From assembly GCA_963695345.1 (NCBI GenBank), contig OY968769.1, positions 2,446,441-2,510,440 on the forward strand: a DNA stretch of 64,000 nucleotides, given 5' to 3'. Under the pieces are notes generated by a model, which was given only the letters and a program-made list of their open reading frames with translations, was not told the DNA's origin and made no database searches. The first letter of the stretch is position 1; every line of letters begins with the position of its first letter. This document shows, piece by piece, positions 52,475 through 61,275 of the stretch. This DNA is from an uncultured Methanomassiliicoccales archaeon (GTDB lineage: Archaea; Thermoplasmatota; Thermoplasmata; Methanomassiliicoccales; UBA472). The position numbers and the translations under genes are program-made.

Positions 52475-54370
52475 CTATCCTCTTATTCCAGAGTGGGGCG
52501 CCCGCATGATGAACCGAGCCCCGCTGCCCGCCAAGCCTTCTTCCGATATCCTTATGCCGGTAATGGAGAGGATCTCGTGCGATAGGAACAGCCCGAAACC
52601 ATGGTCCTTGCCTGTCCCCCTTATGAACAACTTCTTCCTCAACGAGGCGGAGACACCTGTTCCATCGTCCTCGCATGCAATTGCCTTCGTTCCATCTCTC
52701 TCCTCTAGGTAGAAACGTATCCGGGTCGTCTTCCCGCCGTGCTTGATGGCGTTATCGACCAGATTATGGAACACCTTGACTATCAGAGGATCTGCGAACA
52801 TCTCAACGCTCGATGGAACGTCGTTCTGCAACGTTATCTGTCCCAGATGGACCTCGTCCGCGCTCTTGTCCACCAACGCCCTGACGTTCTGCCATGCGGG
52901 GATGTGCTCTCCGATGTCCTCATATTCCTTGGTGAACTGGATCATGGAGGATATGCGTTCCGCGGCCGTTTTGGCCTTGATAAGGCGTTGTTCGAAGGAA
53001 ACGCTTACCGACTCGTTCTCCATAAGTGCCAGATAGCCAGAGAGCGCGACCAGCTGGTTGTTGATGTCATGCCGGGTGATGCTCGACAAAAGGTTGAGCT
53101 TACGATTCGCCAAATGAAGGGCAACCTCTATGTTCTTCCTTTGAGTGATATCGTGGGAGAAGATGAGGACCCCGCTTTCCCTCTCGCTCGGACCCGGCAC
53201 ATAGGTGAAGACAGATAGGAACCAGTGCTCACTTCCGGAAAAGATGACCAGGTCCTCGAACTCCATCGGCCCGTCCGAATTCACCGCCTTCTTGATGCGG
53301 TCCAGGTAGGTCGTCCCCTTCTCTTCGAACAGGTCTTTGATGTTGCGCCCAATAAGATCCTCAGGTTTGCTGTTAAGATATCCGGCGGCGATCGAGTTCA
53401 TCAGGATCAGGCGCCCTTCCAGGTTCCAGTAGCCCAGACCGATCCCGGCGTTGTCAAGGATCGCGCGGTGCATGACCTCACTATCTCTCAGATTGCGCTC
53501 GGCTTCGATCCGGTCCTTGATGTCGATCCCGAGCCCCATGAAGAACGATGAGTCCTTGGTGTCGAACCGTTTGCCGGTGAGCAGGTAAGGGACCTCGGAT
53601 CCATCCTTCATGACCAGCGGGGCCTCGATGCTCGCCTGCCCCACCTCCATCAAGCTGTTGATGGCTGCCAGGACGGCGTCCGAATTGTCAGGAAGATGCC
53701 AGGATAGGACATGCTTTCCGATCATCTCGTCGGCGGTGTAGCCGCTCACTTCCTGATGGTTCTTGTTCCAACGGACCAGGCGAAGTGATTCCGCCTCGTA
53801 CAGGTAGAATATCCCGGGTAGGCTGTCCATGAGGGACTCCGAGAAGGCCATTTCCTTTCCGAGCTCCTCCTGGGCCCGGACGATCTCTTCCAACTGGGCC
53901 TGAAGTTCCACTTCTGCCGATTCCAATTCCTCATTGACCACGCGCAGTTCCTCGTTATGGCTTCGCATCGATTCCTCCGTCCGGTATCGTCTCACCGCCG
54001 CGAGGATATGATGGCGGAGTTCCGCGAAAAGAATCTCTGGCTTGTTGTCCTTCCGGAGATAAGCGTCGGCTCCGTTGTTCAGGGCATCGATGACTATCTC
54101 CTCTCGCCCTTTCCCTGTCAATAGGATGAAGGGCGTCCTGTCGTTCTTGCTACGCAATGATTTGAGGAACATCATGCCGTCTTCTTCGGGCATCTGATAG
54201 TCAGAGACTATGGCATCGTATCCGCCCCGCGAAAGTGCTTTCCTGGCCTCCTTTACCGAACCGCACATCTGGACCTCGATATCCCCCGGATGGCCCAGAT
54301 ACTCCTTGATCAAGGTACATATGTCTGGTTCATCGTCGATTACCAGTATCTTGACCTTGGAGGACGCCAT
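52475..54370 (-). CDS. REC-PAS-PAS histidine kinase (receiver-first, methanogen-type HDINN H-box)
   Basis: KILVIDDEPDICTLIKEYL...IVSDYQMPEEDGMMFLKSLRS (REC), PAS repeats, ITRHDINNQLVALSGYL (H-box), HNLVDNAIKHGG...DDGTGV...GFGLFL (HATPase). Confidence 0.85.
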   Translation of the reverse strand: MASSKVKILVIDDEPDICTLIKEYLGHPGDIEVQMCGSVKEARKALSRGGYDAIVSDYQMPEEDGMMFLKSLRSKNDRTPFILLTGKGREEIVIDALNNGADAYLRKDNKPEILFAELRHHILAAVRRYRTEESMRSHNEELRVVNEELESAEVELQAQLEEIVRAQEELGKEMAFSESLMDSLPGIFYLYEAESLRLVRWNKNHQEVSGYTADEMIGKHVLSWHLPDNSDAVLAAINSLMEVGQASIEAPLVMKDGSEVPYLLTGKRFDTKDSSFFMGLGIDIKDRIEAERNLRDSEVMHRAILDNAGIGLGYWNLEGRLILMNSIAAGYLNSKPEDLIGRNIKDLFEEKGTTYLDRIKKAVNSDGPMEFEDLVIFSGSEHWFLSVFTYVPGPSERESGVLIFSHDITQRKNIEVALHLANRKLNLLSSITRHDINNQLVALSGYLALMENESVSVSFEQRLIKAKTAAERISSMIQFTKEYEDIGEHIPAWQNVRALVDKSADEVHLGQITLQNDVPSSVEMFADPLIVKVFHNLVDNAIKHGGKTTRIRFYLEERDGTKAIACEDDGTGVSASLRKKLFIRGTGKDHGFGLFLSHEILSITGIRISEEGLAGSGARFIMRAPHSGIRG

Positions 54371-54541
54371 TTGGTCTCGTATCATCCAACGAATGAATAA
54401 TGGTTCTTGCGAGACTATCAAAACTGACATTCAAGAATCGAAGAGTAAACACCCTGTCAAAGAATCATAATCCACGCTCTGGACCTCAACGCTTGAAGCG
54501 GAGTCCGATATTAATGCGGTAGCTAATATATACCGCAATAT

Positions 54542-57500
54542 TTGATACAAATCCTGCAGATGTTTTCCTTGCCGCTTCAAGTCCTTGTGGTCGACGATGA
54601 ACCGGACCTGTGTACACTGTCAAAGGAATTTCTTGAGATCCCCGGTGACATTCACGTGGACATCGCCTATTCGGTAAGGGAGGCGAGGGGCTCGCTGGCA
54701 AATAAACCGTACCAGGTCATCGTGTCCGATTACCAGATGGCCGTTGAGGACGGCGTTCAATTCCTGAAATCTCTAAGGTCTCGCGGTGACAGCACCCCAT
54801 TCATCCTCTTCACTGGCAAAGGCCGCGAGGAAGTGGCCATTGAGGCTCTCAACAATGGAGCGGACGCTTACATACAGAAGGGCGGAATGCCAGGACCGAT
54901 GTATGCGGAGCTCAGGCATCGAATAATGGCGGCAGCCGGGAAAAGGCGGGCGGAAGAGGAGATCGCCCGCACCCTTTCGATCCTGGAATCGACCATGGAA
55001 TCCACGGCGGACGGAATAATGGTCGCGGACGGGAAAGGGGCGATCGTCCTGTCCAATGAAGTGTTCAGGGAAATGTGGGGAATCCCTCAGGAGATCATGG
55101 CGGCCAAGGATGATGATAAAGCGTTGGACTTCGTCATTCATCAGATCAAGGATCCGGAGCAGTTCCTCGCAACGGTAAGGGACCTTTACGGAGCTCCCGA
55201 TAAGATCAGTTTCGACGTCATCGAGCTGAATGATGGCCGTGTTTTTGAACGGTACTCCAGACCGCAAAAGATCGGCTCAATTGTGATTGGTCGTGTCTGG
55301 AGCTTCCGCGACGTCACTGAGAGGAAGAGGATGGAGATGTCGCAGAGGGAAAGCGACGCGCTGTATCGCTCGATCCTCAATGCATCGCCCGATGCGATCA
55401 TCGTTATTGATACCCTAGGCAAAATACTGATGGCATCCCCTGCCGGATATGTCATGTTCGGCCTAAACAAGGAGGAAGATGTCAAAGGACGATCGATCAT
55501 GGATTTTCTCTCGCCCAAGGAAAGGGAGAGGGCAATAGCCAACATTCGATCGATTCTAAACGGAGCCTTCATCGGCCCCGACGAATTCCAAGCCATTCGA
55601 ATCGATGGCAGCTCACTGGTCGTGGAGGTGAACACCGACCTGATCAAGGACCTTGATGGTCATCCATCGGAATTGATCATAGTCATCCGGGACATCACCC
55701 AACGGAAGAGGTTGGAGATTGAACTTTCCGAGAGCGACGAGTTCCATCGCCAACTGATGTCCAACATATCGATGGGAGTGGTCATCATCGATCCGCTGAC
55801 CCGAATCATCGAGAATGTGAATGGCGCGGCAGCCGCGATGTTCGGCGCCGCCGAGGGAAAGATCATCGGGAACAGATGTCATTCGTTTCTCTGCCCAGCA
55901 GAGGAAGGGCGCTGTCCGGTTTGTGATCTCGGGAAAGAGGTGGACAATTCAGAGAAGATACTGCTTTGTGCCGATGGAGGCAAACGCTCGATCATAAAGA
56001 CGGTCAAGAAGACCAACATCAATGGTCGAGAGAAGCTGCTGGAATGTTTCGTTGACATCACCGAACATAAGAGGGATGAAGAAGCCTTAAGGGCCAGCGA
56101 CGGCCGGTTCCGGGCCTTGTTCGAATCCTTCGGCGATACCATGTGGGTCATCGATCAGGAGACGGGGAACATAATCGACGTCAACCCGGCGGCGACACAG
56201 ATGTATGGATACACCAAGGAGGAGTTCCTCACCTTTGCCCTGACCAAGGTTTCCACCGACCCCGAGGGCACCATTAGCCTCCTTCGCAATCCAGGTCGAA
56301 GTCACCTTCCACTCCGGTATCATAGACGCAAGGATGGATCGATCATACCAGTGGAGATAACCTCAAACACATTCCAGGTCGATGGAAGGACACTTGTCAT
56401 CGGTACGGTCCGGGACATAACAGAACAGATAAATGCCCAGAAGGAAATCGAAGAGAGCGAAGCGAAATATCGTGGTCTTTTCGACAACATGCAGGACATG
56501 GTCGCTTTTCTGCGCCTGATCCGGGATGAGCGGGGCGTGGCAACCGACGGGACATTGATCGATGCGAATATGGCGGCACTGACAACATTGAGGCAACCCA
56601 CCCTGGATAAGGTTCGGGGAAAAACGATAGAAGCGTTTCTCAGCCCTGATTCGGCCTCAAGATTACGCCGCAATATCCTGAATATGGAACAGACCGGAAA
56701 ACCGTTGACCGATGAGATACATTCAGAGATCGTAGACCGGGATTTCCTCACCACCATCGTACCACTGGGCGAAGACAACGTAATCATCACCAGCACCGAC
56801 ATCACTGAGCGCAAGAAAGCCGAGAGTGAAAGGCTGAAGGCCATTCAAAGATATGAAAATCTGGCCTCCAGGATCAAGGTCGGAATTTACCTTCTGCGCA
56901 ATACATCTGAAGGGGCGTTCTCGTTCGACTATGTCAGTCCCAAGATGGCCGAACTTTTCGACGTCGAAGTTGGGCCATTGCTCAATGATGCTTATATCCT
57001 GTTCGGATCGATCCATCCCGAAGATCTGGATGACCTTATCAAACTGAATGAGGAAAAGACCCGGCTGAAGCAGCTCTTTGAATGGGAAGGGCGCATCATA
57101 ACGAAAGACGAACATACCAGATGGTTGAGGCTCGAATCATCCCCAGAGCCTCTTCCGAGTGGCGATACCTTGTTCCACGGGATCGCCATCGACATCACAG
57201 AACAGAAGAGGATGGAAGAAGCGTTGCGGGACGGCGAGGAGAAGTTCCGCGAGATATTCAACCATGCGAACGACGCGATCCGCGTGCATGAGATCGACGA
57301 TATGGGCGTTCCTGGGCAATTTGTAGATATCAATGATGTTGCATGCCGCACGCTTGGCTATACTCGGGAGGAGATGCTCCGAATGAAACCATCGGACATT
57401 TCGACAGGTTTCTACAAACCAAGCTTCCCATGTGTGTTAGCGGCTCTCGAGAATGAGGGCTGGGCGAAATTCGAGACTGAGCATCGACACAAGGACGGAA

Positions 57501-58273
57501 CGATCATCCCGGTCGAGATTAACGCTCATATCGCGAGATTCCAGGGTAAGAGAAATACGATCGCGGTCTGCCGTGATATCTCGGAGAACAAACGTCAGAT
57601 GAACGCCCTAAGGACCGCGAATGAGAAGCTAAACCTTCTATCCGGCATCACCCGCCATGATATCAGGAATCAATTGATGACCTTATCCGGTTTTTTGGAA
57701 CTGATCGATTGTGAGGAGAACCGCGACCAATGCGATCAGCATCTCCAGAAGGCCAAGGCCGCCGCCAACCGGATCTCCGCCATGATCCAATTCACAAAGA
57801 CCTATGAGGATATAGGGGTGAACGCACCAGTATGGCAAAATGTCAGGGAATTGGTGGACATATGCTACAAGGGTGTGCCGGCAGGGCAGATACACTTAAT
57901 GAACGATGTGCCACCGGGGGTTGAGATATTCATCGATCCTCTCATTGTGAAGGTTTTCCATAATCTGGTCGATAACGCCATCAAGCACGGCGGGAAGACG
58001 ACCACGATCCGATTCTTCCTGGAGGAAATAAACGGGATAAGTTCGGTCATATGTACGGACGATGGGGACGGGGTCCCGCCCGAGGCGAAGAACTGTCTTT
58101 TCAGGAAAGGATTCGGTAAGGACCACGGTCTCGGCCTATTCCTTTCCAGAGAGATCCTCGCCATCACTGGGATAACGATCGCTGAGGTGGGTTGTCTAGG
58201 TGAGGGAGCGAAGTTCCGTATGACAATACCATCTGGGGGACTCCGGACAAGTCCCGCCTGTTCCGACACTTGA
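54542..58273 (+). CDS. REC + about 7 PAS + histidine kinase (1243 aa), paralog of 52475-54370, divergently transcribed
   Basis: VLVVDDEPDLCTLSKEFL...IVSDYQMAVEDGVQFLKSLRS (REC). Many PAS modules. ITRHDIRNQLMTLSGFL. HNLVDNAIKHGG...DDGDGV...GLGLFL. Confidence 0.85.
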   Translation: MIQILQMFSLPLQVLVVDDEPDLCTLSKEFLEIPGDIHVDIAYSVREARGSLANKPYQVIVSDYQMAVEDGVQFLKSLRSRGDSTPFILFTGKGREEVAIEALNNGADAYIQKGGMPGPMYAELRHRIMAAAGKRRAEEEIARTLSILESTMESTADGIMVADGKGAIVLSNEVFREMWGIPQEIMAAKDDDKALDFVIHQIKDPEQFLATVRDLYGAPDKISFDVIELNDGRVFERYSRPQKIGSIVIGRVWSFRDVTERKRMEMSQRESDALYRSILNASPDAIIVIDTLGKILMASPAGYVMFGLNKEEDVKGRSIMDFLSPKERERAIANIRSILNGAFIGPDEFQAIRIDGSSLVVEVNTDLIKDLDGHPSELIIVIRDITQRKRLEIELSESDEFHRQLMSNISMGVVIIDPLTRIIENVNGAAAAMFGAAEGKIIGNRCHSFLCPAEEGRCPVCDLGKEVDNSEKILLCADGGKRSIIKTVKKTNINGREKLLECFVDITEHKRDEEALRASDGRFRALFESFGDTMWVIDQETGNIIDVNPAATQMYGYTKEEFLTFALTKVSTDPEGTISLLRNPGRSHLPLRYHRRKDGSIIPVEITSNTFQVDGRTLVIGTVRDITEQINAQKEIEESEAKYRGLFDNMQDMVAFLRLIRDERGVATDGTLIDANMAALTTLRQPTLDKVRGKTIEAFLSPDSASRLRRNILNMEQTGKPLTDEIHSEIVDRDFLTTIVPLGEDNVIITSTDITERKKAESERLKAIQRYENLASRIKVGIYLLRNTSEGAFSFDYVSPKMAELFDVEVGPLLNDAYILFGSIHPEDLDDLIKLNEEKTRLKQLFEWEGRIITKDEHTRWLRLESSPEPLPSGDTLFHGIAIDITEQKRMEEALRDGEEKFREIFNHANDAIRVHEIDDMGVPGQFVDINDVACRTLGYTREEMLRMKPSDISTGFYKPSFPCVLAALENEGWAKFETEHRHKDGTIIPVEINAHIARFQGKRNTIAVCRDISENKRQMNALRTANEKLNLLSGITRHDIRNQLMTLSGFLELIDCEENRDQCDQHLQKAKAAANRISAMIQFTKTYEDIGVNAPVWQNVRELVDICYKGVPAGQIHLMNDVPPGVEIFIDPLIVKVFHNLVDNAIKHGGKTTTIRFFLEEINGISSVICTDDGDGVPPEAKNCLFRKGFGKDHGLGLFLSREILAITGITIAEVGCLGEGAKFRMTIPSGGLRTSPACSDT

Positions 58274-58480
58274 ACAACCGAACAGGGATGCTGAGATCAT
58301 CTACCATATAATGCTGGATGTTCTCGTTCGGGCGTTTAACGAACACCATTCCCGTCGATCGCCTTCTACCAAGTGGATCGCGTCCCCTGGAACATTGTAT
58401 TGATATCAATCTACCAGAATTTTTTCTTAGATAAGAATTATTATATCTGGAATGAACATACGGGTGTAGAGGGATGCACT

Positions 58481-59728
58481 ATGCCAAGTTCTTTTGTAAA
58501 GGATGCGCTAGCTAATGCTGGCGTAAAACAACCAGCCAATGCAAGCATGGGAAATCAACAAGCACCGGCCCAGCCAGCCTATCAACCGGCAGCTCCGGTC
58601 ATGAGCGCCTCCGATGAGGAATTGCTCAGGATAGCGGCTTCGTTGGACGTTTGTATCAAGATCGTCGGCTGTGGCGGTGGCGGAAGCAACACCATCAACC
58701 GCTGTGTCGATGCCGGAATAGCTGGCGGACAGCTCTGCGCTATCAACACGGATGCCAAGCACCTGTTGACCATCAGGGCACCGAAAAAGATCCTGATCGG
58801 AAAGTCCAAGACCCGCGGGCTGGGAGCTGGAGCTAGGCCCGAGGTCGGAGAGGAATCCGCGCGCGAGAACGACAGCGAGATCAGGGATTTCTTGGCCGGC
58901 GCTAACATCGTATTCGTCACCGCGGGAATGGGCGGCGGCACCGGGACCGGCTCGGCGCACTACGTCGCCGGTATCGCCAAGGAGCAGATCAGGGCGCTAA
59001 CCCTGGGCATCGTCACCCTGCCGTTCAAGGCAGAGGGAACGATGCGTATGGAGAACGCACTGTCCGGGCTGAACAAGCTGAGGCAGGTGTGCGACACGAC
59101 CATCGTCGTACCGAACGACAAGCTTCTGGAAATGGTCCCGAAACTGCCGGTCGAAGCTGCCTTCAAGGTGGCGGACGAGGTCCTGATGCAGACCATCAAG
59201 GGACTCACCGAGATCATCACCAAGCCAGGCCTGGTCAATCTCGACTACGCCGATATCCAGACCGTCATGAACGAGGGCGGTGTGGCATTCGTCGGTATCG
59301 GTGAAGGGAACACCGACAACGATGACCGCGTGGGAGCGGCCGTGCACGAGGCGCTGACCTCCCCGATGCTGGGCGAGGTCGACCTGAAGGGAGCCAAGGG
59401 CGCCTTGATCCGTGTTGTCGGAGGGCCCGACATGACCGTAGGAGAGGCCCAGAGGGCTGCGGAGATCGTCACCAAATCCATCAGCGAGAGGGCCCGGATC
59501 ATCTGGGGATGCTCGATCGAGCCAGAACTGACCGGCACCATCAAGATCCTGCTGATCATCACCGGGGCCAAGAGCCAGTACATGCTCGACGGCCGCGGAA
59601 TGAACGGCATGAACACCCAGCCTTCGAGGGGAGCGCCTCAAACCCAGTATGCGCGCAACCCCGCCCCCCAACCGCAGCAGTACCAGCAATCAAGACAGCG
59701 CGACGATGATGTAGACTTCGTGCGCTGA
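58481..59728 (+). CDS. ftsZ: cell division GTPase FtsZ
   Basis: [16 protein letters not shown]...[19 protein letters not shown] (tubulin GGGTGTG), [14 protein letters not shown]-rich N- and C-terminal extensions. Confidence 0.9.
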   Translation: MPSSFVKDALANAGVKQPANASMGNQQAPAQPAYQPAAPVMSASDEELLRIAASLDVCIKIVGCGGGGSNTINRCVDAGIAGGQLCAINTDAKHLLTIRAPKKILIGKSKTRGLGAGARPEVGEESARENDSEIRDFLAGANIVFVTAGMGGGTGTGSAHYVAGIAKEQIRALTLGIVTLPFKAEGTMRMENALSGLNKLRQVCDTTIVVPNDKLLEMVPKLPVEAAFKVADEVLMQTIKGLTEIITKPGLVNLDYADIQTVMNEGGVAFVGIGEGNTDNDDRVGAAVHEALTSPMLGEVDLKGAKGALIRVVGGPDMTVGEAQRAAEIVTKSISERARIIWGCSIEPELTGTIKILLIITGAKSQYMLDGRGMNGMNTQPSRGAPQTQYARNPAPQPQQYQQSRQRDDDVDFVR

Positions 59729-60208
59729 ACTTGGGGGCAAACGAGAACTGCGTCGGCGGACGCACCCTTCCCATGCGGAAGGGGCGTCCGATATTCGGGT
59801 GCGCCGCCTTACTGATAGCAGGATAGGTTACAGGGTCCATCAAAAATGGATCGGATTAATCACCTGTTTCATATCCCACTACAGTCGAAGTGCACCCTCT
59901 ATGCAACCGGCGACGCGCACGAGCTACGATGCATTCCTCGGCCTTATCCATGGACCGGCGTCAACCCTTTTCATTTCTTGCTCTCAATTCTCATGTCGAG
60001 AACAAACTCGATGGCGTATCATCAATACAGGTCAGTCAACACAACATTGACCCAACAATCGCATGTTGATCTATCTTAGGAGTTCCTTTTTCGCTCAGGG
60101 AGGCAATGTATCTCCCCCATTTCGCCTCGTTCCATTCTGATATGGACATTATCCAGAACGACCGATGACGAAGCTTGACAAATTCGATCGCTGATACAAA
60201 TCTCAGTC

Positions 60209-61129
60209 CTATTCTTCCGAAATGTCAACCAGCGGATTTACCTTCTTGATCGCCTGCTCGAAATAATCCGGGTCGGTCAGAACAACGGACACGGCTTCGT
60301 TCACGCAGAACTCCGCACATCTCCCACAACCCCTGCAGGTCGAACCATCGATGGTCGCCTTACCGTCAACCATGGTGATGGCACGGACAAAGCAGATGTC
60401 CTGCTCAACGCACATCCCGCAGCCGGTACAGAGTTCTTCGATCACCTGCACCTCAAGACCGGGGAGCCGGGCCACTCCGGAGCCGATCGTTTCGTTCAGT
60501 TCCGGCAACATCTTCCAAAGGCAGCAACACTGGCAGCAATTGCAGATCGAGAGAAGATCTTCCTTCGGACCGGTATTTAGCCATAGGCTGTCGATCTTGT
60601 TTCTGCCAATGAGGTGCACCAGGCCGGCATCCCGGGCCTTCTTCATATGTTCGATGGCTTGCTCTGAGTCGACACGGCGGCCCATCTTCTCCGGGATACG
60701 GGTGACGCCGCGTCCGAGGAATATGCAACCAAGCTCATGCGGGTAGTCATGGCAATGGTTCGCCTCGCGGCACATGCAGGCGTTCATGATGAAAATATAC
60801 CGTGAACGCCGCAGGAAATGATCGATGACCTGGGAGGGCAGTATGATGTTGCTTACTCCGACCTCATGGTTGAGTTCGATGACCGTTCTCCTCACGGTCA
60901 CATCACGGGGAAGATACATCATTTCGTCCCGCTCAAACAGGGCAAATTCAACCATCCGCCCAACCAACGGCAATCGGGTAAGTCGGGCTCCTAGGAATCT
61001 TTGCTTGAAGGTCGAACGGATCAACCGCGAGAACAGATCGGTACGGAGGCCCATCAGGATATCGTATTGACAGGATGGGTATATCAATTTGAGGGGAAAT
61101 AACAAAGAACTGGATAGGATTGGGATCAT
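60209..61129 (-). CDS. Cys-rich iron-sulfur protein (4Fe-4S dicluster ferredoxin domain plus CNCCQCCC and CxxCxxC motifs)
   Basis: LCTGCGMCVEQDICF...CRGCGRCAEFCVNEA (2x[4Fe-4S] ferredoxin) preceded by LSICNCCQCCCLW. The real start is probably near 61057 (MGLRTDLF). Confidence 0.55.
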   Translation of the reverse strand: MIPILSSSLLFPLKLIYPSCQYDILMGLRTDLFSRLIRSTFKQRFLGARLTRLPLVGRMVEFALFERDEMMYLPRDVTVRRTVIELNHEVGVSNIILPSQVIDHFLRRSRYIFIMNACMCREANHCHDYPHELGCIFLGRGVTRIPEKMGRRVDSEQAIEHMKKARDAGLVHLIGRNKIDSLWLNTGPKEDLLSICNCCQCCCLWKMLPELNETIGSGVARLPGLEVQVIEELCTGCGMCVEQDICFVRAITMVDGKATIDGSTCRGCGRCAEFCVNEAVSVVLTDPDYFEQAIKKVNPLVDISEE

Positions 61130-61275
61130 CGCGTAAAGGAATCAGCATGATACATGGCCATGCTGGAAACAACGAATAATTCTGATTTTCTAAGGAATCA
61201 AATCTGATTCAGGGACAATCAGTCTTAAAGCAGCAAAATTCGTCGCCTTGACGATCTTAAAGGGTTTGACATAAA

